NCBI GenBank assembly: GCA_038203825.1 | Contig: JBBRDO010000013.1 | Coordinates: 265-64,264 of the forward strand | Source: Chloroflexia bacterium | Lineage (GTDB): Bacteria > Chloroflexota > Chloroflexia > QHBQ01 > JADMIH01 | DNA: 64,000 nt | Direction of reading: 5' to 3' | Shown here: positions 1-9,096 of the stretch, piece by piece | Position numbering within the stretch: the first letter of the stretch is position 1 | Layout: each line of letters begins with the position of its first letter | Translations under genes and position numbers: made by a program | Notes under the pieces: generated by a model | The model's input: the letters and a program-made list of their open reading frames with translations, nothing else | Database searches by the model: none | Told to the model about the DNA's origin: nothing

Positions 1-714
1 CACCAGGTCAGTGGCTATGAAGGTGCGGGCCGTGGTCAAGGCGGCATATTCTTCCAGTTGGGGGGTTGAGGCCAGGGCTTCACCCGCGGCATCCACGTTG
101 ACAATTGCGGCGTGGGGGTCTTCGGCTCTGATTGCTTCAATAGTGAGGACGATACCCCGTGTCAACGAACGCAGAATCTTCACCGCGCCGTCGTTGCCCC
201 GCAGGTAGGGCGGCCAGATACCATGCACTCCCGTGAAAGCTACAGTGATCCAGGGCTCGTTGAGAGGCGTGTAGTGGGATACGATGTGCTTGTAGCGACG
301 GGCAAACTCGGCGGCGTAGAGAGCCACGCGTTGCGGGTAGGAAGAATTGAGAAACTGGTTATCAAGCCACAGAGGCGTGCCGTAGTGCATAAGGTCCACG
401 ATGACCGCGATACCTTTGCCGGCTATATGTTCCAGCACCTGGTCTACCCATTCCCAGTCGAAGACACCGGGCGCCGGCTCGACCTTGTACCAGGGGATGC
501 CGTAGCGCATGGCGCGAACGCCGAGGCCGGCAGCGCGGTCTATATCTTCGCGCCAGTAGAGGTAGTGGTGGGTGAGCGCGTACTCGTCAAGCACGCGCTC
601 GCCGACTCGCTCGGTCTGTCCGATAAAGGTATCTTCTATGCCTGTAGCCCAGGCGAAACCTGCCGGGGCGAGACTGAACAGGGCATCTGTGCTTCCACCA
701 GTTGATGCAGTCAA
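1..714 (-). CDS. GH1-like beta-glycosidase, N-terminal ~238 codons (3' end lies beyond the left edge)
   Basis: Open minus-strand frame missing from the ORF track because it has no stop in the window. My translation from TTG (714-712) reads (M)TASTGGSTDALFSLAPAGFAWATGIEDTFIG...RYGIPWYKVEPAPGVFDWEWVDQVLEHI...HYTPLNEPW. This is the (beta/alpha)8 glycosidase pattern with the NEP acid/base motif. AAGGAG lies 7 nt upstream of the TTG, and the start is 4 nt after the permease stop. Confidence 0.7.
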   Translation of the reverse strand, partial: MTASTGGSTDALFSLAPAGFAWATGIEDTFIGQTERVGERVLDEYALTHHYLYWREDIDRAAGLGVRAMRYGIPWYKVEPAPGVFDWEWVDQVLEHIAGKGIAVIVDLMHYGTPLWLDNQFLNSSYPQRVALYAAEFARRYKHIVSHYTPLNEPWITVAFTGVHGIWPPYLRGNDGAVKILRSLTRGIVLTIEAIRAEDPHAAIVNVDAAGEALASTPQLEEYAALTTARTFIATDLV

Positions 715-718
715 AATA

Positions 719-1642
719 TCACTCCTTGAGCCCACTGAGGGCAATGCCGTTTACAAAGTATTTTTGGGCGAAAAGAAACGCAATGAACAAGGGCGCAAGG
801 GCCATGGCGGCTCCGGCCATTATCACCCCGTATTCGACGACGTGCTGCCCCATGAAGAGCGCCAGTCCGGCGGGCAGGGTGCGCATCTCGGTGCTTGACG
901 TGATAAGCATGGGCCAGAGGAAGTCGTTCCAGTTGTACATAAAGTGGAAGACGGCCAGCGTGGCCATAGCGGGCACGGATAGGGGCAGTATGATGCGGCT
1001 ATAGATATAGAACTCGCCGGCGCCGTCGATGCGGGCGGCCTCGTCAAGTTCGCGCGGCAGGCTCATGAAGAACTGTCTGAGCATAAAGATGCCGAAAGCA
1101 TTGGTGGCGCGCGGGATAATCAGGCCACCGTAGGTGTTGAGCAGGCCGAGGTCGTGCACAGTCACGAACAGGGGGATGAAGATCACCTGGAAGGGTATCA
1201 TCAGGGCGATCAGCACGAGCAGAAATATCACGTCGCGCCCTGGGAAGCGCAGACGCGCCAGCGCGAACGCCATCATCGAGTCGAAAAGGAGCGAGACCAC
1301 GGTGACGCCGCCGGCAAACGCGATGCTGTTCAGGAAGAAGCGACCGAATGGCACGCGCTGCCAGATATTGGTAATGTTTTCGAGCGTCCAGGAGCTGGGC
1401 CACAGCTGAGGCGGGAACTTGACTATGGTGCTTTCGGGCTTAAAGGCGGTGAGCACCATCCAGACGAACGGCAGGATCATACCCGCCGCAAACACCACGA
1501 GCACGATAAAAATCAGGGCGTTCACCCAGAAGCCGCGCCGAGATTTTTTTGGCGCCACCGCGACCTGGGTTCGGGAGGTGCGCGTGCCTGAGGCGACTGT
1601 TGCAACTTTGCCAGGGGCCGGACGTTCTATTGCCTGACTCAT
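719..1642 (-). CDS. Carbohydrate ABC transporter permease (MalG-like)
   Basis: 307-aa ORF with about 6 hydrophobic segments and the EAA loop DEAARIDGAGEFYIYSRIILPLSVP. Its start overlaps the upstream permease stop. Confidence 0.9.
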   Translation of the reverse strand: MSQAIERPAPGKVATVASGTRTSRTQVAVAPKKSRRGFWVNALIFIVLVVFAAGMILPFVWMVLTAFKPESTIVKFPPQLWPSSWTLENITNIWQRVPFGRFFLNSIAFAGGVTVVSLLFDSMMAFALARLRFPGRDVIFLLVLIALMIPFQVIFIPLFVTVHDLGLLNTYGGLIIPRATNAFGIFMLRQFFMSLPRELDEAARIDGAGEFYIYSRIILPLSVPAMATLAVFHFMYNWNDFLWPMLITSSTEMRTLPAGLALFMGQHVVEYGVIMAGAAMALAPLFIAFLFAQKYFVNGIALSGLKE

Positions 1643-2595
1643 CAGTCGACCTCCCGGAAGCGCAGCAGGCGCAGCTGAAACAGGGTCAGTATGAGCACGA
1701 TCACGAACAGGATAACGCCGATGGTGGAGGCGTAGCTGATATCGATCAACTCTATGCCCTGGTGGAATATATAGGCGACCACGGTTTCAGTGCTGTGCAG
1801 CGGACCTCCGCCGGGGGTCAGCACGTACACGGGGTCGAAGACCTGGAACGCGCCGATGACGGAGATCACCAGCACGAATAGGGTCGTGGGGCGCAGCATC
1901 GGCAGGGTTATGCGCCAGAAGACCTGCCAGGAGGAGGCTCCATCCATGCGGGCGGCTTCGTAGAGGTTCTCAGATATTCCCTGCAAGCCTGCGAGGAAGA
2001 TCACCATATTGAAGCCGAGGTTCTTCCAGATACTGACCAGGATTACCACGGGCATGGCCCAGTCGGGGTCACGCAGCCAGCCTGTGACGGGCACTCCGAT
2101 GGCATGGAGCCAGTAAGCCAGGAGGCCGATGTCGGGGTCGAACAGGAAGCTCCATATCATCGCGATGATGGCGAAGGAACCGATCACCGGCAGAAAGAAG
2201 GCGGAACGCAAGAGACCGCGCCCCGGCAACTTACGGTTCAGGGCCAGCGCCAGGGCCAGCGACACAACCATGCCTACGGGCACAGTGATTACGGTGTAAT
2301 AGAGGGTGTTGCGGAAAGCGTTCCAGACCCGGGCGTCGGGGATCAGGCGTTGGTAGTTGTCCACGCCCACCCACTGCTGCACGCTACTGCCAAAGCTCCA
2401 GTGATAGAAACTGAGTAAGAATGACTGGATGATGGGCCAGAAGACGAACACAGCCAGAATTATCATGCTGGGAAGCATGAAAAGGTAGGCAGCACGAGCC
2501 TCGCGGGTGCCCATTTCTCGCCTCAGGGTCGCCAAGCGCTCCCCGAACGGTTGCCGGGCACCGATTGGTGGGCGGGCTGTCTCGATTTTGGACAC
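1642..2595 (-). CDS. Carbohydrate ABC transporter permease (MalF-like)
   Basis: 317-aa ORF with multiple TM segments and the EAA loop YEAARMDGASSWQVFWRITLPMLRP. Confidence 0.9.
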   Translation of the reverse strand: MSKIETARPPIGARQPFGERLATLRREMGTREARAAYLFMLPSMIILAVFVFWPIIQSFLLSFYHWSFGSSVQQWVGVDNYQRLIPDARVWNAFRNTLYYTVITVPVGMVVSLALALALNRKLPGRGLLRSAFFLPVIGSFAIIAMIWSFLFDPDIGLLAYWLHAIGVPVTGWLRDPDWAMPVVILVSIWKNLGFNMVIFLAGLQGISENLYEAARMDGASSWQVFWRITLPMLRPTTLFVLVISVIGAFQVFDPVYVLTPGGGPLHSTETVVAYIFHQGIELIDISYASTIGVILFVIVLILTLFQLRLLRFREVD

Positions 2596-2735
2596 TTATT
2601 CCGATACCTCCCGCGGGCCACAGCGCGATGCAACTCGCTCGGTAGCCTGCGTACTGATTCTCAGCAGATTGGAAAAGCACGCAGCAGGAATCCGGCACTG
2701 ACGCTGAGAACCTGCCGCATGCCGTCGAAGGCCAG

Positions 2736-4097
2736 TTACTTCAGCAGGTCAGTGATCTGCTGGTCGGCGTTTTTGGTTGCATCCTCGACAGTGGCCTTGC
2801 CCAGGGTGATTGATTGGATCATTGGGACGAAGACATCGGTATCGATTTGCGAGAACTTTTCGAGGCCGGGCAGATAGAACCTGGACTGCGGGGCAACCGA
2901 GGCGAACTTCGGTACCCACTTGTTCTTGGCCAGGGTCGGATCGGTAGCCAGGTCGGTGCGAGTCGGCGGGAAGCCTGTCATCGACGACAGGGTAACTTGC
3001 GAGTCCTTGGAGTTCCAATGCTTAATGAACTGAATAGCAGCGTCCTTATTCTGTGTCTTGGCGTTTACCATCAGCACGACCGTGTCGGCCAGTGTGAAGG
3101 CGCCCGCAGGACCTGCAGGGATTGGGGCGACATCGTAGCTAAAGCCGTCCTTGTCGTAGCCGCTGGTGGCCCAGGGTCCGGTGATTTCCATAGCCGCCTT
3201 GCCCGTCTCGAACAGCTTGTCAGACTCGGCTCCGCTCAGGCCGACGGGGCTGATCTTGTCGTTCTTGACCATGTCGGTCCAAGTCTTGAGCGCTGAGACA
3301 CTCTCAGGGCTGGAAAGAGCAGGCTTACCATCCTTGACGATGTCACCGCCGTTCTCCCACAGCAAGATGGGGTAGTTGGGGATCGTGTCGTGCTCGCCGA
3401 AGGCTATGCCATACTGGCTACCGTCGGCCTTGGTGAGTTTCTTGATGTCGCTCTGCCACTCGGCCCAGGTTGTTGGCGGGGCGCTGATGCCCGCGGCGGT
3501 AAACATGTCCTTGTGGTAGTACATCATCAGCGTTGCGTAGTTCAGCGGGGTGGCGTAGTACTTACCGTTATATTGCAGCAAGTCGTTCAGTGCGCTCGGC
3601 CATACTGATGGATCGAGGTCGCCGCCCGCTTTGACTTCGGAGCTAAGGTCCATCACCAGGCCGCTCTTGGCATACTGGGGGATGTACTGGAAGTGGATGG
3701 CCACCACGTCAGGACCGGTGCCGGTGGACATCGAGCTGAGCAGTTTCTGCATCAGGGTGTCCCAGGGCTGTACATCCATGTTCACCTTAATATTCGCGTT
3801 GGCATCGGTGAACTTCTTGGTTACAGCCTGGACGCCAGGCAGGTCCGAGCCTGTGAAGCCGTTCCAGAAGGTGAGGGTTGTAGATGCGCCACTGCTACCG
3901 ATAGTGTTGCTCATTGCAGGGGTATTAGTAGCGCCGGCACCTGGCCCTGCCGGGGTGTTGGTGGCGCCTACGGCTGCGGGTACGGTGGGCGTGTTGTCCG
4001 TGCCGCAACCAGCGAGAAGCGGCAGGAGCGTCACACATAGTGCCAGAATAGTTACGGGAGCTTTCTTAGATAACAACATTGTCTTTCTTTCCTCCAT
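2736..4097 (-). CDS. Extracellular sugar-binding lipoprotein of the ABC system
   Basis: 453-aa ORF with a signal peptide and lipobox LLAGCG, followed by a Thr/Pro/Ala/Gly linker. The body resembles family-1 solute-binding proteins. The start could be the internal Met at 4079. Confidence 0.9.
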   Translation of the reverse strand: MEERKTMLLSKKAPVTILALCVTLLPLLAGCGTDNTPTVPAAVGATNTPAGPGAGATNTPAMSNTIGSSGASTTLTFWNGFTGSDLPGVQAVTKKFTDANANIKVNMDVQPWDTLMQKLLSSMSTGTGPDVVAIHFQYIPQYAKSGLVMDLSSEVKAGGDLDPSVWPSALNDLLQYNGKYYATPLNYATLMMYYHKDMFTAAGISAPPTTWAEWQSDIKKLTKADGSQYGIAFGEHDTIPNYPILLWENGGDIVKDGKPALSSPESVSALKTWTDMVKNDKISPVGLSGAESDKLFETGKAAMEITGPWATSGYDKDGFSYDVAPIPAGPAGAFTLADTVVLMVNAKTQNKDAAIQFIKHWNSKDSQVTLSSMTGFPPTRTDLATDPTLAKNKWVPKFASVAPQSRFYLPGLEKFSQIDTDVFVPMIQSITLGKATVEDATKNADQQITDLLK

Positions 4098-4185
4098 GAT
4101 GATTGATACGAAAAGTCTCGTTCTTTGACCTCAAGAAGCCCGCGGTCAAATGGTAGTACCGCGTACCACCTCCTTTCGATGTGGG

Positions 4186-5280
4186 CTAAGCGGAACTCGG
4201 GCAGCCGCAGGAGCCTCGGATGACCAGTCGGGTAGGTAATTGGACCTGCAGACCATCGATTGGCCTGCTGTTCAGGAGAGCGAGAAGCAGTCGAGCAGCG
4301 GCGCTGCCAAGCTCGCGCATGGGCTGGTGTACTGTTGTCAATGGTGGTTCGACCAAACGCGCAAACATCAGGTCGTCGAAGCCCACGACGGGGAAGCCGA
4401 CTCCGGGGCTGTGACCCGCTGCACGCAGTGCTTCGGCAACGCCGATAGCTGTCTCGTCGTTAGCGGCAAAGATAGCTGTTGGAGGCTCTTCCAATGCAAG
4501 CAAAGCTTGCGTGCCCGTTAGGCCGGCTTCCTCGGTGTAATCGCCTTCCCAGCAGTATTCCGCTCGGAAGGCAATTCCGGCTTCCTCCAGTGCGCGCCGG
4601 TAACCGGCCAGGCGATCAGCTGCGGAAAGATGGGCGAGCGGCCCGCTGATATGAGCGATGCGGGTGTGACCGTGCCAAACCAGATGCCTGACCGCCTGTA
4701 AAGCACCCCCCTCGTCGTCGACGGATACGGTGTGCAAGACTGGATCCAACGGATAGCGACCGATGAAGACGAAGGGAAACGAGCTTAGCTGCAGGCTGGC
4801 GATGTTTTTGTCGTTCAGCGCAGCCGAGGCCAGGATCACCCCATCAACCATCTGGGAATGCAAGACCTTGGCATAGGCCTCCTCTTCCTGGACCTCGGTC
4901 TTCGTCGTAGAAAGCACCAAAGTCATGTCGGCAGCATTGAGCACCTCGTTCACTCCGGAGAGGACATCCATAAAGTATAAATGCCCGAACACGTGCTGGC
5001 TGCTGTGGGGCACGATCAGCGCGACCGAGTTTGTGCGGCGCGATTGCAATGCCCGCCCCAGCGCACTTGGGCGATAATGCAGGGCAGCAGCGGCCTCGCG
5101 CACCTTGCGCTTTGTATCCGTGGCGATAAGAGGACTATCGGCCAGGGCCAATGAAACCGTACTGACCGACACGCCCACTTTGCCGGCCACCTCGCGTATA
5201 GTAACCCGCTGTGGCGTACGCTCAAGCGGTTCATCTCTGGTTCCGGTAGTCACGTGTGGCCTCCCAACTCCTACACCCAA
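4186..5280 (-). CDS. LacI-family transcriptional regulator
   Basis: N-terminal HTH VTIREVAGKVGVSVSTVSLAL followed by a periplasmic-binding-fold sugar domain. Confidence 0.9.
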   Translation of the reverse strand: MGVGVGRPHVTTGTRDEPLERTPQRVTIREVAGKVGVSVSTVSLALADSPLIATDTKRKVREAAAALHYRPSALGRALQSRRTNSVALIVPHSSQHVFGHLYFMDVLSGVNEVLNAADMTLVLSTTKTEVQEEEAYAKVLHSQMVDGVILASAALNDKNIASLQLSSFPFVFIGRYPLDPVLHTVSVDDEGGALQAVRHLVWHGHTRIAHISGPLAHLSAADRLAGYRRALEEAGIAFRAEYCWEGDYTEEAGLTGTQALLALEEPPTAIFAANDETAIGVAEALRAAGHSPGVGFPVVGFDDLMFARLVEPPLTTVHQPMRELGSAAARLLLALLNSRPIDGLQVQLPTRLVIRGSCGCPSSA

Positions 5281-5291
5281 TAAGCGGGCGA

Positions 5292-5319
5292 TTCAAACGT
5301 TTGAATTCAAACGTTTGAA
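5292..5319. promoter_or_regulatory. Two abutting 14-bp palindromes TTCAAACGTTTGAA (LacI-type operators with central CG)
   Basis: Read directly: attcaaacgtttgaattcaaacgtttgaatc, 12-39 nt upstream of the LacI start codon at 5280. LacI-family operators are palindromes around a central CG. Confidence 0.6.
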
Positions 5320-5631
5320 TCCAGTATAGCACTGTTTCTTGCTTTGTCAATAGGGCTATGAGAGGGACAGGGTCTATTCATACTCCGGCGATAGTGCAGC
5401 GTTTCGGCCAATTGCGAGTACAACGATAGTGAGAACAGGCCAGCCTGGCTGCGGAAATAGGGCACCATACTCGAATGAGTGACGTGGCCGCGACTATCAG
5501 CAACGACCGCCGCTAGCCGTTGATAAGTGGTTCACAACATGCCTTCTCCTGTGACACCCATCTCCTCGTCACCTACGTCCCCTTTGTCCTCTCCACCTCC
5601 CTCGTCCTCGTCCTCATACTCATCCTCGACT

Positions 5632-6045
5632 ATGGTCATAGATACAAGCGTGTGGGTAAGCAGACTGCTTCCGCATGACGCCAACCACCAGGCGGCGCGC
5701 ACCTGGATAGACACTCACATACTGAACGGCGGCTTCTTCGTGGCTCCTATGATCTTCGTAATCGAGGTTGCCTCGGCAATCGCTCGCGAAACCCTACCTC
5801 CGAACGACCCCCGAGCCGATGCCTACAAGGCGGTCAATCAACTCTACATGCTCCCCATTATGCGACTGGTGCCCATAGACCAGGCACTTGTTGATGAAGC
5901 CACAGACCTGGCAGCGGACCACAAAATCAGAGAAGCTGACGCTTTGTTTGTTGCTGTGGCAAGGCAGTTGGCTTTACCCCTTGTGACTTTCGACAAGTAC
6001 CAACTGAAGCAGCCACAGATTGTAGTCGCGATAATCAGGCCATAA
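5632..6045 (+). CDS. PIN-domain protein (VapC-like toxin), no cognate antitoxin gene upstream
   Basis: MVIDTSVWVSRLLPHDANH...FVAPMIFVIEVASAI...DALFVAVARQLALPLVTFD shows the PIN acidic-residue pattern. I start it at the internal ATG at 5632, because the upstream 35 codons of the track ORF are a Ser/Pro low-complexity run. Confidence 0.7.
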   Translation: MVIDTSVWVSRLLPHDANHQAARTWIDTHILNGGFFVAPMIFVIEVASAIARETLPPNDPRADAYKAVNQLYMLPIMRLVPIDQALVDEATDLAADHKIREADALFVAVARQLALPLVTFDKYQLKQPQIVVAIIRP

Positions 6046-6074
6046 ACACACAAACACACAAACACACAAACACA
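6045..6074. repeat. Microsatellite (AACACACA) x ~3.7
   Basis: Read directly after the PIN stop: aacacacaaacacacaaacacacaaacaca. Confidence 0.9.
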
Positions 6075-6218
6075 GGCGCTCCCTCGCTCAACCTCAATTG
6101 GGTGTTCAGTGGAGATATGGTGCTGATGGTATGGCCAGCGTGTTAGCAGAGGGGTCCAGGTAGTCATGGCTCGTTGGGTAGCCACCTGGCGGATCGTCCG
6201 TCTTCTTCCCCCGCCCAC

Positions 6219-6860
6219 TCAGGGGATGATCAGCTCCTGTCCTACCTCGATTATTGTTGAAGTCAAGTTGTTCGCCGTCATGAGCGCATCAACGGTTGTT
6301 CCGAAACTCCCGGCGATCGTGCTGAGGCTGTCCCCTGCCTGGACCACGTAAGTCGTTATGGTGGGGGTGGCTCGCGGTTGGGAGGTTGGTGTTGGGAGCG
6401 CAAGGGAAGGGGTTGCGGTTGGCGACGCGGCGGCAACGGCTGCGGGCGCGGTGACAGTCTGCGGGGTGCTGACACCAGCCGGGACAGTCGGGGGTTGCAC
6501 GATGGTGGGTGGCTCGTTGGCCCCGGTCGTAGCATGGCGGCTCCTGCAAGCGTGGCAACTACTGCAATGCCCAATACTGCTGCCAGCGATGCGATGCAAT
6601 GTCGCCTGACAAGGGGCAACTCTCCGAGTGAAACCCAACCACTGCAGCCATTGTGTGCCGTAGTTGTGACCCCATTCAGCGATTGACTTTGCGAACGAGC
6701 ACCACACAGCATGGCGGCGCACGAGAGCAACAGAGCAACAGAGCAACAGCACAGCTAGCAACGGGTGACGTCTGCCTTGAGCGTTGCGGAAATCAGGTAT
6801 GTCGGCTAGAATCTCGACTAAGGAGGGCACCTCGGTCCTTTCAATGTCTGAGGTGTGCAT
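6219..6860 (-). pseudogene. Chimeric ORF: ISAs1-family transposase N-terminal fragment fused to a Pro/Thr linker and a C-terminal LysM domain
   Basis: The N-terminus [27 protein letters not shown]...[32 protein letters not shown] matches the DDE_Tnp_1-associated (H-repeat) domain. The C-terminus [43 protein letters not shown] is LysM. A second frame (6356-6730) carries the expected AAMLCGARS segment and a TM helix, so several frameshifts are present. Confidence 0.6.
6725..6748. repeat. Tandem 8-mer (GAGCAACA) x3 inside the transposase fragment
   Basis: Read directly. The unit length is not a multiple of 3, and the array lies where the reading frame of the ISAs1 fragment shifts. Confidence 0.85.
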
Positions 6861-6959
6861 GCGTTTCCCCTTTAGTTTTGTGGTTTGGCAACCTTATTCT
6901 AAAGGGAAACGCCCTCCTGCTTCGAGAATGAATAGACCCTGGATATCAGCCCAAATCCC

Positions 6960-6988
6960 TTGACAAGGCGACACTTTGGTGGTAGTGT
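6960..6988 (+). promoter_or_regulatory. Candidate sigma-70 promoter of the GntR operon
   Basis: TTGACA (6960-6965), 17-nt spacer, TAGTGT (6983-6988), 28 nt upstream of the GntR start. Confidence 0.45.
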
Positions 6989-7016
6989 TAGCTCAACCTA
7001 ATGTAGGGTCATCATA

Positions 7017-7775
7017 ATGTCCGTACAACTGTCACCAACCAAGCTGTCGAAGGAAAAGGGCGTGGCGCTATATGTGCAGCTTAGCCGCGCCCTGCGAGAC
7101 ATGATTCAGCAGCAGGGAGCGAAGCCGGGCGACCCCCTTCCTACCGAAGAGCAGTTGGGAGCCGCCTATGGCGTGAGCCGCTCCACCATTCGTGACGCTC
7201 TCGCCCAGCTGGAGCAGGAGCACCTTGTGGAGAGGAGGCAGGGCATCGGCACGTTCGTGTCGCGCCCACTCCTCAAGCGTGATTTGCAGGCGCTTACCAG
7301 CTTCTCCGAGGACATGATTGCCAGAGGCCTCCGTCCCTCGAGCCGCCTCCTGGATTACCAACAACCGGCCTCGGGTAATATCCCCGCTGACTTTGAGGAG
7401 GGGCACATAGCCCCGCTCGTGCGCGTGGTGCGCCAGCGGCTTGCGGATGGAGAGCCTTTCGGCATCCACGATACCCTCATTCCGCAGCAGGTAGCTGAGC
7501 GCTCGGGCTTTACTAAAGAGCGTCTCCAGCAGGATCAGTCCCTCTCGTTCTACGCCTCCCTGGAAGCTGGGGGCTACACCATACATGAAGGGCGCGAGCA
7601 CCTCACGGCCTGCGCCGCCGCTCAGCAGCACGCGCATTTGCTTGGTGTGCGTGCGGGTGCGCCCCTCATCAGGGTGGTGCGCCTGAGCTGGTCTCCTAAA
7701 GGAGAGCTACTAGAGCATATTACTGCTTTCTATTTGCCCGAGCGTTACGAGTATGTAATCAACCTGAGGAGGTGA
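7017..7775 (+). CDS. GntR/HutC-family transcriptional regulator (HTH + UTRA effector domain)
   Basis: LPTEEQLGAAYGVSRSTIRDALAQLEQEHLVERRQGIGTFV is the GntR winged helix. The C-terminal ~150 aa have the UTRA-like pattern. Confidence 0.9.
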   Translation: MSVQLSPTKLSKEKGVALYVQLSRALRDMIQQQGAKPGDPLPTEEQLGAAYGVSRSTIRDALAQLEQEHLVERRQGIGTFVSRPLLKRDLQALTSFSEDMIARGLRPSSRLLDYQQPASGNIPADFEEGHIAPLVRVVRQRLADGEPFGIHDTLIPQQVAERSGFTKERLQQDQSLSFYASLEAGGYTIHEGREHLTACAAAQQHAHLLGVRAGAPLIRVVRLSWSPKGELLEHITAFYLPERYEYVINLRR

Positions 7776-7881
7776 TCGCGAACCGCATGGAGTCCGCCAG
7801 TCGCACTGGCTAGCAAAGCTTATGGCAATCGCCGGCACTGGTTACAGCAGCTTCGAGCTGGCACAAACTTGGAGGAAAGAG

Positions 7882-9021
7882 ATGTTATCAAAGAGGATCA
7901 CGAAATTCGCTTCAGCGCCGTTGCTGGTTGCGATTCTGGCAATCTCCCTGACCGGCTGTGGTACCGATGCCACGCCTACTACTGTCCCTTCTAACTCGTC
8001 ATCGACAGGCGCTGCCGGCACGATGGGCAACATGACACCCACCAATGGCGATGGCAAACTGCACAAGGTAGCGCTTCTTATAGCCCAGGGCGGGCTCGGC
8101 GACCAAAGCTATAACGACCTGGCATATTCCGGTCTGCAAGCTGCCGCTCATGACTTCACCAACCTGGTCGTACAGCCTATCCAGTCTTCTGACATAGTGG
8201 CCCAGGGCCAGAGCCTCATGCAGCAGGCCGCCAACAATAAGTTCGACCTGATTATCAACCTGGAGTTCAGTCTATCTGATGCTCTGGGCAAAGTAGCTCC
8301 CAGTTTCCCTAGCACCCAGTTCGCAATGGTGAACCTTGAGGTGAAGCAGCCCAATGTTACAAATGTCCTCTTCCAGGAGCAGGAAGGCTCTTATCTCGCA
8401 GGCGCGCTGGCTGCCATGGTCACCAAGGACACTGGTATCAAAGGCACCAACGCCGATAAAGTAATCGGCGCGATTGGCGGCGCCAAGTCGACGGGTATCG
8501 ACAAGTTCCTGGTTGGTTACCAGCAGGGCGCCCAGGATACCGACAAGGATACCAAGGTGCTGGTTGCCTACGCTAACAGCTTCGGCGACCCCGCCAAAGG
8601 CAAGGAACTTACAGACGCCCAGTTCAGCCAGGGCGCGGACATCGTCTACCAGGTAGCAGGCGGCACGGGCCAGGGCGTGATACAATCCGCCCAGCAGGCC
8701 GGGCACTTCGCAATCGGCGTCGATACCGACCAGGACTTCCTCGCTCCAGGCAATGTGCTCACAAGTATGATCAAGCGCACCGATCTCGCGGTGTATGACC
8801 TTTGCAAGGATATCGCCAACGGTACCCTCAAAGGGGGCAGCACACGCTTCTACGGCCTCAACAACGGTGGCGTGGACATCAGTCCACTCAAGTACACCAA
8901 GAGCATGATCCCACAGGCCGACCTGGATAAGATCCAGCAGATCAAGCAGGACATCATCTCCGGCAAGATCAAGGTCTGGAATGTTATCGACCAGGGCTAC
9001 CCTGACTGGTTCCAGAAGTAG
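7882..9021 (+). CDS. BMP-family (PnrA/Med-like) ABC substrate-binding lipoprotein
   Basis: Signal peptide plus lipobox LTGCG, then a Thr/Ser linker. The GGLGDQSYNDLAYSGL and IGAIGGAKSTGIDKFLVGYQQGA patterns are typical of the basic membrane protein family. GGAGG lies upstream of the ATG at 7882. Confidence 0.85.
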   Translation: MLSKRITKFASAPLLVAILAISLTGCGTDATPTTVPSNSSSTGAAGTMGNMTPTNGDGKLHKVALLIAQGGLGDQSYNDLAYSGLQAAAHDFTNLVVQPIQSSDIVAQGQSLMQQAANNKFDLIINLEFSLSDALGKVAPSFPSTQFAMVNLEVKQPNVTNVLFQEQEGSYLAGALAAMVTKDTGIKGTNADKVIGAIGGAKSTGIDKFLVGYQQGAQDTDKDTKVLVAYANSFGDPAKGKELTDAQFSQGADIVYQVAGGTGQGVIQSAQQAGHFAIGVDTDQDFLAPGNVLTSMIKRTDLAVYDLCKDIANGTLKGGSTRFYGLNNGGVDISPLKYTKSMIPQADLDKIQQIKQDIISGKIKVWNVIDQGYPDWFQK

Positions 9022-9096
9022 GTTGAATGCACCAGGCGCCGGACACCCAGCGCCTGGTGCTGCATAGCCAGGTAGTAAGGGTAGCGGGCGACAACG

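Larger units (their letters stand above)
5368..6941 (-). mobile_element. ISAs1-like element shell: 14-bp perfect terminal inverted repeats enclosing non-IS cargo
   Basis: CAGGGTCTATTCAT at 5368-5381 and its exact reverse complement at 6928-6941 (17 of 18 if extended). The right copy sits 68 nt upstream of an ISAs1-type transposase N-terminal fragment. From memory, CAGGG is the typical ISAs1 terminus. No flanking direct repeat was found. Confidence 0.45.

Noticed and set aside
112-705. 197-aa plus-strand ORF at the left edge
   Set aside because: It lies antisense to a much better minus-strand GH1-like frame with an SD and an NEP motif. Its own translation has no recognisable motif. Long antisense ORFs are expected in GC-rich DNA.
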